Positions 21,948-31,880 of a stretch of DNA of 64,000 nt are shown here, piece after piece. The notes beneath the pieces were generated by a model. It ran no database searches. It was not told the origin of the DNA and worked only from the letters and a program-made list of their open reading frames with translations. Made by a program: the position numbers and the translations under genes. The stretch spans positions 32,001-96,000 of the forward strand of contig CAXXVK010000027.1 of assembly GCA_963676915.2 (NCBI GenBank), in the 5' to 3' direction. The stretch comes from Myxococcota bacterium (GTDB lineage Bacteria > Myxococcota_A > SURF-8 > G963663525). Numbering within the stretch: the first letter of the stretch is position 1; the number at the start of each line of letters is the position of its first letter.

Positions 21948-23360
21948 CTAAAATTGCGCGTAGACGAAAGGCTGGAATTCTTTCGGGAAAAAGACGATAA
22001 CCAGCCAGATCAACGCCAACAGCACGGCAGGGGTAAGGCGCGAATTCAGCGGCACGGTGACGATTCGGACTTTCAACACGACCAGCAGGTGGAACAATCC
22101 CGATGCCAGGAGAATAAATGCAACGAACGGATGGGTCCAACCCACGCCGGTTGTGTCGAACATGAACAGCTTGCCGATGATGAAAAAGGCCTGATCGATG
22201 CTCTCCGCCCGAAAAAATACCCAACACAGTGACACCGCCAGAAAAGTCCAGGTCCAGGCAACGAAGGTATAGGTCCGTGGAAAACGTTCGAGGGTTCGAC
22301 GGCGGAGCGATTGCTCTTTCCAGTGGTGGTTGCCGACCAGTAGCAGGCCATGAAGAAAACCCCACAACACGAAGGTCCAGGCCGCACCGTGCCACAGACC
22401 ACAAAGCGTCATCGCCACCAGCAGATTGACGTACTTTCGGCCTTTACCGTGCCGGTTTCCGCCCAGCGGGATGTAAAGATAGTCTCGAATCCACTCCGAC
22501 AAGGTGATATGCCAACGTCGCCAGAAGTCACTGAAATTTTTGGAAATATACGGAAAATCGAAATTCTTTTCGATCTGTAGCCCCATCATTTTACCCAGAC
22601 CGATGGCCATACTCGAATATCCTGCAAAATCGCAATAAATCTGGAGATCGTAGGCCAACACCGCCTGCCAGGTGGTGAAGGTATCGAAAACCTGATGGTT
22701 GGAATAAAAATAATTGACGAAATACGCCACCTTATCGGCAACGAACACTTTCATGAAAAGACCGACCACGAACAGTCGCAGACCTTGGTAGAGGTTATGG
22801 GCCGAGAGGTCGAGGTTGTCCAACTGGGGCAGAAATTTCCCGGCTCTCGAAATCGGTCCCGAGACGATGATCGGGAAAAACGTGCCGTACACCAGGAAAT
22901 CCAAGAGCCGTTCCCGTGAAGCGTCGGTCTGCGGACCTTTCCGATAGATATCTACGAGGTAACTGATGAAGCGAAAAGCATAAAAAGAAACTCCGATCGG
23001 CGCCAGTATGCGTAACGCACCGAAAGCCGGGTCGTCACCGGCAAAAAGCTCTCCAAGACTTTCGAGGAAAAAGTTGAAGTATTTGAAATAAAACAGGATT
23101 CCCGTATTGAACACGATGCCTGCAATCAGCAGTCCTTTTCGAGCGCGTGGCGTTTCGATCCGTCGAAGTCCCTGGCCCACTCCATAGGTTGCAAGGATAA
23201 TTCCGTAGAGCAGCCCCAGAAAACGAAGGTCGAAAAACGCGTAAAAATAGCTGCTTGCCAGTAGTAACACCACTTTTCGGAACGTGGCGTGTTTCACGAG
23301 ATAAAGGGGAAGAAGAATCCCGAGCAGCAGCAGATAAAATTCGATCTGGGTGAATGCCAT
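21948..23360 (-). CDS. MBOAT O-acyltransferase (AlgI/PatA-like)
   Basis: PIGVSFYAF, FFPIIVSGPISR, QIYCDFAGYS, DFWRRWHITLS, LYIPLGG, GLWHGA. Confidence 0.95.
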   Translation of the reverse strand: MAFTQIEFYLLLLGILLPLYLVKHATFRKVVLLLASSYFYAFFDLRFLGLLYGIILATYGVGQGLRRIETPRARKGLLIAGIVFNTGILFYFKYFNFFLESLGELFAGDDPAFGALRILAPIGVSFYAFRFISYLVDIYRKGPQTDASRERLLDFLVYGTFFPIIVSGPISRAGKFLPQLDNLDLSAHNLYQGLRLFVVGLFMKVFVADKVAYFVNYFYSNHQVFDTFTTWQAVLAYDLQIYCDFAGYSSMAIGLGKMMGLQIEKNFDFPYISKNFSDFWRRWHITLSEWIRDYLYIPLGGNRHGKGRKYVNLLVAMTLCGLWHGAAWTFVLWGFLHGLLLVGNHHWKEQSLRRRTLERFPRTYTFVAWTWTFLAVSLCWVFFRAESIDQAFFIIGKLFMFDTTGVGWTHPFVAFILLASGLFHLLVVLKVRIVTVPLNSRLTPAVLLALIWLVIVFFPKEFQPFVYAQF

Positions 23361-24471
23361 TTACAATATGCCTTCTCGAAGAGCGTGCTCGGTGATCGCT
23401 TCGGAAACGAGGTCATGTCCGAAACGATTGAAATGTCCTTCTCCGGGTTTGGAATTCGGAAACCCTCGGGGGAATTGTCCCGTTTTCTTGTAGAATTCCA
23501 GAAACCGACCGGAGAGATCCACAACCGAAATCCCAGCCTTGCGGGCCAGAGCGGCGAAGGCGGCAACCTCGTTGGCGTGAGGATCGGTTGTTACGATGGT
23601 TCCGTTTTCGATAAACGGAATCGTCGGACAAACCACGAAAACCAGTGGAAGCCGGGTTTGTTGCTTCAGTTTTTCGAATAAAAAGGTCCAGGCTTGTTTT
23701 TGAAAAGCCGGAGATGGTTTGTTTTCGTTGGAGATAATCGAAGAAGTGTGTTGAGGAAACGATGGGATCAATGTGAGATTTTTTATTGAACGCATCACCG
23801 AACGGGCAGGTTCCCACAGGAAATACAATCCCAAGGAATTGAGTCTTTTTTTGATTCCCTGGAATTTCGGAGGCGACTCGACGAAAGACAGCCGGAAAGG
23901 ATGGGAGGTAAAAACGCCTCGGATGGTGTCGTCCGCCTGATCGGGAAGCGTGTCACGAACGTCTGTGATGAGTATGTAATGAGCTTTGATGTTCCGAGCC
24001 AGTTTTTTCGTATTTCGGCAGGTCGAAATAGTAATCCGCCACGCTGTCGCCGCTCATGCCGACCGCAAACGCCATGGCTTTATCTCCCAACCCTCTCTCC
24101 ACGAGTCGTTGCGTAACCCGTTGCGGAATTTTCAAGGGGTCGTCTACCTGGTGGGCTTCCACGAAGGAATCTCCCCACACAACAAGCTTTTCCTGTTTGG
24201 TGTCGCGAATATCCTCGATGGCGTTGATACCGAATCGTCCTTTGTAGGTTGTGGCTACCCCTTCGCTACGGTGACGATAGATCAATCCGTGGGCATTTAC
24301 GAATTTATCCAGCGTTTTATCGAATTCGACATACAGCAGTGAGTTACAGAAGAGGTATCCGACAATCCAAATAAATGCGAACGAAACGACAAAAGCCGCG
24401 ATCCATCGCATTATAATGTGCAAGATCGTGCCGCTACCTTCGTGCATCGATTGTGTTTCATTCGACATCAA
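23361..24471 (-). CDS. SGNH-like O-acetyltransferase partner (AlgJ/PatB-like) with apparent +1 frameshift in A6 at 24003-24008
   Basis: N-terminal TM, VWGDSFVEA, C-terminal GHFNRFGH; removing one A joins ORF 23953-24471 to ORF 23361-23834 without stops. Confidence 0.75.
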
Positions 24472-24850
24472 AACCCCATCGTAACATTCGAATCCCGTTG
24501 GGTGTGAAGTGAGACAAGACTATGAAATTGTCGAAGAATGTCAAGAGCATTGATCTTATTGCAGAAAAAACGCACCCGCTCGGCAAAGGGAGTTATCGGA
24601 TGTCTACCTGCTTGACGGATCGGGCTATCGTAGTACACTGGGGTGAATACTTTCTGACCGGTCCGTGCAAAACGGTCCCGACAATCGTATGAAATTCGAA
24701 AAAAAAGCGTTGAAAATCGGCTTGCAAGTTCCTTAAAACGGGTTACGTTGGAAACGTGCATAGAACTAGAATGAAAAACAAACGGCGGGGAGGAAACGAA
24801 AAGAAGACATTTCTTTTCCAGTTTCGATCTACCGCCGGAAATGAAAAAGC

Positions 24851-26329
24851 ATGAAAACATATTTCGTAACGTTTCTTCTGTCGCTGGGGGCGTCGTTGAT
24901 TCTAACGTGGGTAGCACGGGAATTGGCGAAAAAATTCCGTATTGTAGACGACTCCTTCGGAAGAAAAATCCATAGCGGCTCCATTCCCCGTCTCGGGGGA
25001 CCGGCTATTGCCATCGCCGTTTTCATTCCTACTTATGCGCTTTTTCTTTGGGACAATACCATTGCCGATGCCTGGAGGCAGAGTTCCATGCAGGCTCTGG
25101 CGATTCTGCTGGGTGGACTGGCCAGCGTCGGACTGGGCTTGTGGGACGATATCGGCTTCGTCCGTGCTCGTGTCAAACTGGTGGTTCAGATCCTGATCGC
25201 CTCCATGGCGTATTTCATTGGAATCCGTATTGAAAACATAAACTTACCGTTTATCGGTTTGTTGGATATGGGGGATTTTTCCTATTTCGTCACGGTGATC
25301 TGGATCATCAGCTTCATGAACGCCATCAATCTGATCGACGGAATGGACGGCCTGTGCGGTGGGGTGGTGTTCATCGCTTCGTTAGCGGTATTTGTTATAG
25401 CGCTGGTTAACGGATCGCTTCTTGTGGCGCTGTTTGCCGCAGCCATTGCCGGGTCCGTTTTGGGATTTCTCGTCTACAATTTCAACCCGGCTTCGATTTT
25501 CATGGGAGATTCGGGAAGTTATTTTCTGGGCTTCATCCTATCGGTGATTTCGATCATGGGATGCCAGAAAACCGGCGTTGCCGTGGCGGTTCTGGCACCG
25601 ATGCTGGCCATCGGACTGCCGATTATGGACACCTTTCTCGCCATTATCCGACGAGCACGTCAAGGCTTGCCACTAAGCGCACCGGACCGTGGACATATCC
25701 ACCATCGTCTGCTCGATCGTGGTTATTCCGACCGCCGGACGGTTGTGATTCTGTACTCGTTCAGCTTTTTTCTCGCAATGGGCGGTGTACTGACGGTTCT
25801 TGGACGAAACTGGGAAACCGGTCTGGCGCTGTTGTCGGTCCTGATTATGGTCGTCCTGATCGTCCGCATCGCCGGGATCAATATGTTTAAAAAGGCAGAG
25901 GTCGGTACGGCCTTCGCTTCGTCGAAAGAAGAACAGATCCGCGTCGAACTCATCGATTTGTACGCCAGACTGTTCGCTACAACAGACCGTGATGAAATGT
26001 ACCGTACAATGGAAGATTTCGGTCTGAAAACCGAACTATTCTACATGAAGCTCGTTGAGTTGAACGACAACGAACCGGCGACCCTGTGGGAATGGTCCCA
26101 CCCGGACAAACCGGGAGCCAGTGAAAAACTGCCGAAATTGACAGCGGACTTCGACGTGCAACGCAATGGGGACGCTCCATTGACCTGGACGATTGTCTGG
26201 CATTCCGAGTCGGCCATCGTCTCGTCGATGATCAAGACCCTGTTTTCCATCACTGCCGACGTTCTGTCCCGCGCCTTTGAATCGTCACAGGTCGCCGAGG
26301 GAGAATCCTCCGAAACGGCTGACGCCTGA
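24851..26329 (+). CDS. wecA: Undecaprenyl-phosphate GlcNAc-1-P transferase (WecA/TagO) with soluble C-terminal extension
   Basis: RKIH..IPRLGG, GLWDD, NAINLIDGMDGL, YNFNPASIFMGDSGS, PDRGHIHHRL. Confidence 0.9.
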   Translation: MKTYFVTFLLSLGASLILTWVARELAKKFRIVDDSFGRKIHSGSIPRLGGPAIAIAVFIPTYALFLWDNTIADAWRQSSMQALAILLGGLASVGLGLWDDIGFVRARVKLVVQILIASMAYFIGIRIENINLPFIGLLDMGDFSYFVTVIWIISFMNAINLIDGMDGLCGGVVFIASLAVFVIALVNGSLLVALFAAAIAGSVLGFLVYNFNPASIFMGDSGSYFLGFILSVISIMGCQKTGVAVAVLAPMLAIGLPIMDTFLAIIRRARQGLPLSAPDRGHIHHRLLDRGYSDRRTVVILYSFSFFLAMGGVLTVLGRNWETGLALLSVLIMVVLIVRIAGINMFKKAEVGTAFASSKEEQIRVELIDLYARLFATTDRDEMYRTMEDFGLKTELFYMKLVELNDNEPATLWEWSHPDKPGASEKLPKLTADFDVQRNGDAPLTWTIVWHSESAIVSSMIKTLFSITADVLSRAFESSQVAEGESSETADA

Positions 26330-26338
26330 GAATCACAA

Positions 26339-26421
26339 GTAGGTCGGGCAAATTTCTTACCCGACACTTTGATTGTAAGCTGCAACTCTGAACTGTCGGG
26401 CAAGAAATTTGCCCGACCTAC
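26339..26421. repeat. GTAG-type REP inverted dimer (family C)
   Basis: GTAGGTCGGGCAAATTTCTTACCCGACA-N27-TGTCGGGCAAGAAATTTGCCCGACCTAC between convergent genes. Confidence 0.9.
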
Positions 26422-26452
26422 TCAATTTAAAAACTGAAATAATTACGACTCG

Positions 26453-28195
26453 TTAGCGAATCGTCAGCTCTCCGTGGGTGGTGAAGCCGTCCTTGTGGCT
26501 CTCGGTGTAGACCGAAAACGTCTGGAAGGCTAACAAGGTCGGTAGAATCTCCGTTTCCCAGAACTTGAACACCTGATGAACCTGCGTGTTGCTGCATTTC
26601 GCATCGGGGCGGAGATGCTCCATGGATTTCGCGGCTTTGGGGAGATCCATGGAAAGCTGCATGACGCGGTTTTTCTCCTTGAACCCCTTGATTTTCTTGC
26701 GGTTTTTCATAGCTGTTTGCAAAGCGTCGGTTCCGATGCCCAGGAAAAAGACTTTTCCTTCGTAGCCGTATTGCAACGGAAGTCCCTGAAGGACGATCTC
26801 GAACAGTTTGCCACCTTTTCCGATGGGTTTGCGGTTAAGCTTCTGCTTGTCGGCAATGGCGTTGATTTTCCCGATCAGGGATTTCGGGGCGATCCCTTTT
26901 CGGATACCCGTGGCTGCGACCAAGCGGAAATGTCGCAGCAGATCCAGGTCGTCGAGTCCTTGTCCCATGCAGGCCGCTTCATCCAGCGGCGCGATCTCGT
27001 AAAGATTGACCAGCAGTTCGCCATTGGAGAGTTCGAAAAGGTCTTTACGGATGTTCAACCCGGTTTCTTTTTCGAATTCGGCTTCTACCTTATCGAAACT
27101 GCGGCTCCAGGCGGGAACGTCTTTCGACAGTTTCTCCACCCATTCCTTCGCCATGGCGAGAAAGCGTATCGATCCCAACGTATCGGGATTGAGTTTTAAA
27201 TTTTTGAGACGCGACACACCCGCAATACCCATCTGGCGGCTTAATTTGCTGACTTCCTTTTTCGGTCCGGTTACGGCGTGTACGAAAGCCAGTTTTTTGT
27301 TGTTGAAGGTCAGGCTTGCAATCTGGCCATTGAAGATTTTGGCCCAGTCCACGAGGGAATCGAGGTCGGCGATCGCCTCTTTTTGTTCCGCCGTTTCCGC
27401 CGATTGCCCGGCTTGTTCCTGAAGTCGTGAGACATTGCTTTGAATGTCCTTGAGATAGGCTTGATAATCGCCCACCTGCACCAGCGAGGAATCGGGCTCG
27501 ATCCGGTCGAGAAGGGCCGGAAAATAGGAGGTTTTTTTGAGGCTCTGATCCGGTTTCAAGCTCAACGCCGCTTTGAAATGCCGCTCGGACCATTCCTGGC
27601 TTCCAGGGAAAAACATGAGGTAAATCTTATCGTTACGCTTTGCAAGCGACAAAACGATTTGGGATTCCGGCGTACAGGAAAGCCGGAATTGCGTCAGTTC
27701 TGCATCCCATTTCGTTTCCGTTTCACAAGGTTTGGCGTTGCCTACGTTCAAAGCCAGCGTTTCGAGACTTTTCCTGGCTTTTGCCATGTCCGAAGTCGAG
27801 GCGATGATCAACGGTGGCCCTTCCTGTCCCAGCCCGAAGGCAACGAATCCTTTCGATACATCCAACCCGGATTGGTTGAGTTCCTCGGGATGGAAAGGAT
27901 TGTATCCGAAGGTACCTTTGATCGTTTGTTCGAACTGCACCATGTCGAACTTGGAACTGTTCGACGCGAATTTGACCAGCAGTTCGTTCAGGCTGACCAG
28001 TGAACGGTCGAAACGGGCGACGAGAAAGGCGTATCCGGCCTCGTTGGGAACGTCGGAAGCTAATGCTTCATAGCGGGCGCGTTCGTCGGCAGACGGTCCC
28101 TTGGCTTCTGCCGAAAACGATGTCCAGAAGGTCAATAACACGAAAAGCGGAAGAAAAATCGCTAGTCTGCGCTCGATACTCGGTTTTCGATTCAT
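26453..28195 (-). CDS. Secreted protein of unknown function (DUF3352-like; alternative start 28213)
   Basis: Signal peptide ending AEA; long ORF; family call is by resemblance only. Confidence 0.65.
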   Translation of the reverse strand: MNRKPSIERRLAIFLPLFVLLTFWTSFSAEAKGPSADERARYEALASDVPNEAGYAFLVARFDRSLVSLNELLVKFASNSSKFDMVQFEQTIKGTFGYNPFHPEELNQSGLDVSKGFVAFGLGQEGPPLIIASTSDMAKARKSLETLALNVGNAKPCETETKWDAELTQFRLSCTPESQIVLSLAKRNDKIYLMFFPGSQEWSERHFKAALSLKPDQSLKKTSYFPALLDRIEPDSSLVQVGDYQAYLKDIQSNVSRLQEQAGQSAETAEQKEAIADLDSLVDWAKIFNGQIASLTFNNKKLAFVHAVTGPKKEVSKLSRQMGIAGVSRLKNLKLNPDTLGSIRFLAMAKEWVEKLSKDVPAWSRSFDKVEAEFEKETGLNIRKDLFELSNGELLVNLYEIAPLDEAACMGQGLDDLDLLRHFRLVAATGIRKGIAPKSLIGKINAIADKQKLNRKPIGKGGKLFEIVLQGLPLQYGYEGKVFFLGIGTDALQTAMKNRKKIKGFKEKNRVMQLSMDLPKAAKSMEHLRPDAKCSNTQVHQVFKFWETEILPTLLAFQTFSVYTESHKDGFTTHGELTIR

Positions 28196-28267
28196 TTCAC
28201 GTCTTGTCCTCAAAACCTTAAACCCGGAAAATTCATTAAAAAGTACGAGAATGACTAATGTTCCAGG

Positions 28268-29794
28268 CTAACGGCAGTTTTTCCATTGCGAACTGAAGGT
28301 TTCCATTACGGTTTTCGCCGCCCTGCCTTGCAAAGGGCGCGGACCGTTCGCCCCGATGGCCAACGGCAGAAAATCATAGGAGATTATTCCCCGACGATTG
28401 ATTTCCACGACAAACGCCAACCCGGATGCGTCGCTGTTGCGGTCGTCGATCCAGACGCCGGGCGAGAAAAGCGCCACGCCGTTCACCGATTCCCGCACCA
28501 TGCGCGGCTTTTTCCCTCCTTGTCCGATCACGAGGGATGCGCCTTCCATCAACGCGGCATCGACCAGTCTACGTTCGTCTTGGGTGGGGCAGGCTTTTGA
28601 AGGCGTACCCCGTTCGAGAAAGACAATGGTGACATCCACCTGCGGAGCCAATGTCCGCACATCTTCCCGAATCATGTCTTCCAGTTGGAAAAGAGGTGCG
28701 TCGATACCGGCGAAGCCGGGTTGGGTATTCGTCGCAAAAGAATCTATAGGTAAGGTTAAGGTTTTGTCAACAAAGAGATACCCCAAAAAACCTACGCGAA
28801 TCCCCTGAATCGTTATCACCTGCGGGCTTCGTGCCGCAGCCAGATTTTCACCCGCGCCAAGGGTTCGAATGTTGGCACGGTGCAGGCTGCGAAGGCTGTC
28901 CATCAACGGACCTTTTCCGCACTGTGCCAGTTCGGGAGAAAAGGGGCTTAAAAGGTCGATTCCGCTTCCTTCGAACACGCCTTCGGCCTCGTGGGGAAGG
29001 TAGTGGGACCAGGAGCGAGTGCAGGAGGAGTCGAGCGATGTAAACGGTGTTGCGAGACGTGCCGCGAGAAAATCGACATCTTTCAGCACACGCAACGAAC
29101 TTCCGAAGGGATTGTTTTCCTTAAGGTTTTTTAGATTTCTTCGACTGGGATCGAAAGCGAGCGTTCCCAAAAACGCCAGCTTGGCCGTGCTCCCGCCCGA
29201 GCGAATCGCTCGATCATTTTGCAGTTGGACGACCTTGTTGGTACGGCCTGACTCGATGCGGCGTCGCGTAAGAAACAGGGAGCGCACGACACGTCCCGAG
29301 GTGAAGCGATCTACGCGGGAACGGAGATCGACTTCCTCTTTGTCGGATTCGTATAAAAAATCCTGCATGCTGCGTTTGGTGAACGGTTTTGCTACGGGAA
29401 GTGCTTGTTGTTTGGCTCTCGCTTTTTTACCGAAGCAGCTTTCCAGTGTTTTACGTATTTCGGAGACCGTGCGTTTTTTCGGTCGGTGAAACTCGTATTC
29501 GACTTTGTACAGTTCGTCGCTTTTGAAAAACACCGCAAGGCGAGCCTCGCCGAAGGGTGTAGACACGTTTTTGTGAAATTTCAGGATACGCGTTCGTTCG
29601 AAGGCATCGAGACCGTCGCTGGTGCGAACCAGGCCGCGTTCGGTGCGGGAAAACTCCGAATACGAGACGCCATACGGCATATCTCCGCAAGGCTCCAAAG
29701 CCCAAACAGCCCCCGGAAGAAAGAAAAACAAACATATCGAAACGAAAAGGAAACTCTTGCTCAAAAACGCCCTCTTTGTTAGCTTGAAAATCAT
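28268..29794 (-). CDS. Exported CapA/PGA_cap-family metallophosphoesterase-fold protein with all metal ligands substituted
   Basis: GAGENLAAARSP, GIRVGFLGY, PGFAG, DVTIVF, GASLVIG scaffold retained; signal peptide ending VWA. Confidence 0.8.
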   Translation of the reverse strand: MIFKLTKRAFLSKSFLFVSICLFFFLPGAVWALEPCGDMPYGVSYSEFSRTERGLVRTSDGLDAFERTRILKFHKNVSTPFGEARLAVFFKSDELYKVEYEFHRPKKRTVSEIRKTLESCFGKKARAKQQALPVAKPFTKRSMQDFLYESDKEEVDLRSRVDRFTSGRVVRSLFLTRRRIESGRTNKVVQLQNDRAIRSGGSTAKLAFLGTLAFDPSRRNLKNLKENNPFGSSLRVLKDVDFLAARLATPFTSLDSSCTRSWSHYLPHEAEGVFEGSGIDLLSPFSPELAQCGKGPLMDSLRSLHRANIRTLGAGENLAAARSPQVITIQGIRVGFLGYLFVDKTLTLPIDSFATNTQPGFAGIDAPLFQLEDMIREDVRTLAPQVDVTIVFLERGTPSKACPTQDERRLVDAALMEGASLVIGQGGKKPRMVRESVNGVALFSPGVWIDDRNSDASGLAFVVEINRRGIISYDFLPLAIGANGPRPLQGRAAKTVMETFSSQWKNCR

Positions 29795-29839
29795 CGACCT
29801 CTTACCCTAACACAACTTGAAGGCCGAAGCGAAAACAGC

Positions 29840-31492
29840 GTGAAAAAACCTTACAATTATAACTTATACTCAATTTATTTCCTGCTGTTTTTTTTAGCGT
29901 TGCCGTGGAGTGCCGATGCCGAGACGGCGGTGGAGGACCAGCTACAGGCGTTGTACAGCAATCGTCTGAACCTGCTGCCGAACGGCGAACCGGAGATCGC
30001 GGTCGGTATCAGTTGGAGTCAGGATCGCATCACCCTGTTGTTTCACGGACCTTCCCGAATGCAGGGACTTCGTCCCGGAGAAGCCTTAACCCTCGAAAAA
30101 AACTCGATTCTCAACATCGATGTTGCCAGAAGCACCCCCGGTAAAATGAATGTCTGGCTGGTGGTCGATACACTCGCCCGCAAAGATCAGAGCCGGATCG
30201 AAGAAACTCGAAAGAAGTGGAAAAAACGTGGTGTCGAGCTGACGTTGAAGCGCATCGGCGCGATGTTCGCCATCCGAGGGCAGGTGATACGCAACCGCCA
30301 ATACCTGATGGTCGCGGGTCCGTACAAAACGCGACAAGATGCCGAGCAGGAGCAGCATTCCTGGTGGCGACGCTGGGGAGAAAAAGCCCACCTGCACGAA
30401 GAGTTGTTGGAGCGTCCCACAGGGAAATTGCTGGTACGAGACTCTGAGAACGCCCCTTTGCTCGCGACCGGAGCCTATTTGTCGTTTACTCCGAACGACA
30501 AACAAGGACGGATCAGCGCGGTAGACGTGGATTTCGACATCGGTTTCAAAAACAAGCGTGGTCGCCGGAACTATCGCGGAACGTTGTACGTTACGATCGG
30601 TTCCGACGGGAAACTGGTGCTCGGAAACGTATTGCCACTGGAAGACGTGGCGATGGGTACGGTTCCGGCCGAGATTTTTTCCACTGCTCCGAGGGAAGCA
30701 CTCAAGGCACAGGCGGTGGCGGCGCGGGGACAATTGCTGGTCAAACTCGGCCTGCGCCACCTGGCCGATCCTTTCCAGGTCTGTGCCAGCCAGCATTGTC
30801 AGGTTTACGCGGGAGCGCTGGCCGAGAAGGAAAGCACCTCGAAAGCGGTAAAGGAAACACGGGGAGAGTTTTTGTTCCTGGATCACGTTCCCGTGGATAC
30901 GGTGTATTCGGCCCATTCTGGGGGGCATACCGAAAACAACGAAATCGTCTGGAACCAGACGCCTTCGCTTGCCCTACGCGGCGTTCCCGATGGCGACCCA
31001 CCGCCGGGGAGACTCGATAACCCTTCGTATTTGAAGCGTTTTCTGGATTTTCCACCGAAAAGTTTTTCCGGTTCCGCCGGGTACAACACCAAGCGCTTGC
31101 GATGGACACGAACGGTAGAGGCCGGCGTCATCGACGAAAAAGCCGATAAGGATTACAATACCGGCAAGATCCTCGGGATCGAAGTGATGGGGCGCGGAGT
31201 TTCCGGGCGCATGACCGGCCTGAAGCTGCGGGGAGAGAAACGGGAAATCATCGTCTGGCGGGAATTACCCATTCGGCGGTTGTTTGGCAATCTGCCTTCG
31301 GCGCTGGCGATTATCGAGGAAGAACGCGACGACCGGGGCCGGATTCTTCGCTATCGCATTCAGGGCGCGGGGTTTGGGCACGGCGTCGGCATGTGCCAGA
31401 CCGGGGCGATCGGTCGGGCCAAAGCCGGACAGGATTACCGCCAGATACTTCGAGCCTACTACGGTGGAGCCGAGTTGAAAAAGCTATATTGA
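29840..31492 (+). CDS. SpoIID/LytB-domain protein with SPOR-like insert
   Basis: RNYRGTL, NVLPLE...VPAEI...EALKAQAVAAR, CQVYAG, GFGHGVGMCQTGA, QILRAYY. Confidence 0.92.
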   Translation: MKKPYNYNLYSIYFLLFFLALPWSADAETAVEDQLQALYSNRLNLLPNGEPEIAVGISWSQDRITLLFHGPSRMQGLRPGEALTLEKNSILNIDVARSTPGKMNVWLVVDTLARKDQSRIEETRKKWKKRGVELTLKRIGAMFAIRGQVIRNRQYLMVAGPYKTRQDAEQEQHSWWRRWGEKAHLHEELLERPTGKLLVRDSENAPLLATGAYLSFTPNDKQGRISAVDVDFDIGFKNKRGRRNYRGTLYVTIGSDGKLVLGNVLPLEDVAMGTVPAEIFSTAPREALKAQAVAARGQLLVKLGLRHLADPFQVCASQHCQVYAGALAEKESTSKAVKETRGEFLFLDHVPVDTVYSAHSGGHTENNEIVWNQTPSLALRGVPDGDPPPGRLDNPSYLKRFLDFPPKSFSGSAGYNTKRLRWTRTVEAGVIDEKADKDYNTGKILGIEVMGRGVSGRMTGLKLRGEKREIIVWRELPIRRLFGNLPSALAIIEEERDDRGRILRYRIQGAGFGHGVGMCQTGAIGRAKAGQDYRQILRAYYGGAELKKLY

Positions 31493-31806
31493 TTCCGGTT
31501 TTCGTACCAATCGGCAACGAATGGCTCGGGTAGATTCGAATTGGATCTGAAGACCTTCGCCTTCTCGCGAAAGCTGCCCTTCAATGTCCCACGTATGGGT
31601 TTGAATCCTACGCTTTTTCTCTGTCATGTACATCTAACTATGCCTAATCATTTATGATTTTATCATAACAAGTCGAATAAGGAGTCACCTGTTGATTGGC
31701 TCCTCATCTCCTCCGACCGGCGATTTCTGATCGTACCGAATTCAAGCGAAGGAAAGGGGACGGGAAAATATTCTCCTCTCTTGAAAAAGAAAAAATCGAT
31801 AACATA

Positions 31807-31823
31807 TTTGTAAAACTTACAAA
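31807..31823. promoter_or_regulatory. Candidate operator palindrome upstream of biotin carboxylase
   Basis: TTTGTAA-AAC-TTACAAA perfect 7-3-7 dyad. Confidence 0.4.
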
Positions 31824-31880
31824 AGAATAATCATTCCTTTGTAAATATTCTAAGAAAAAGATCACTGGGCCGGAGGACTC

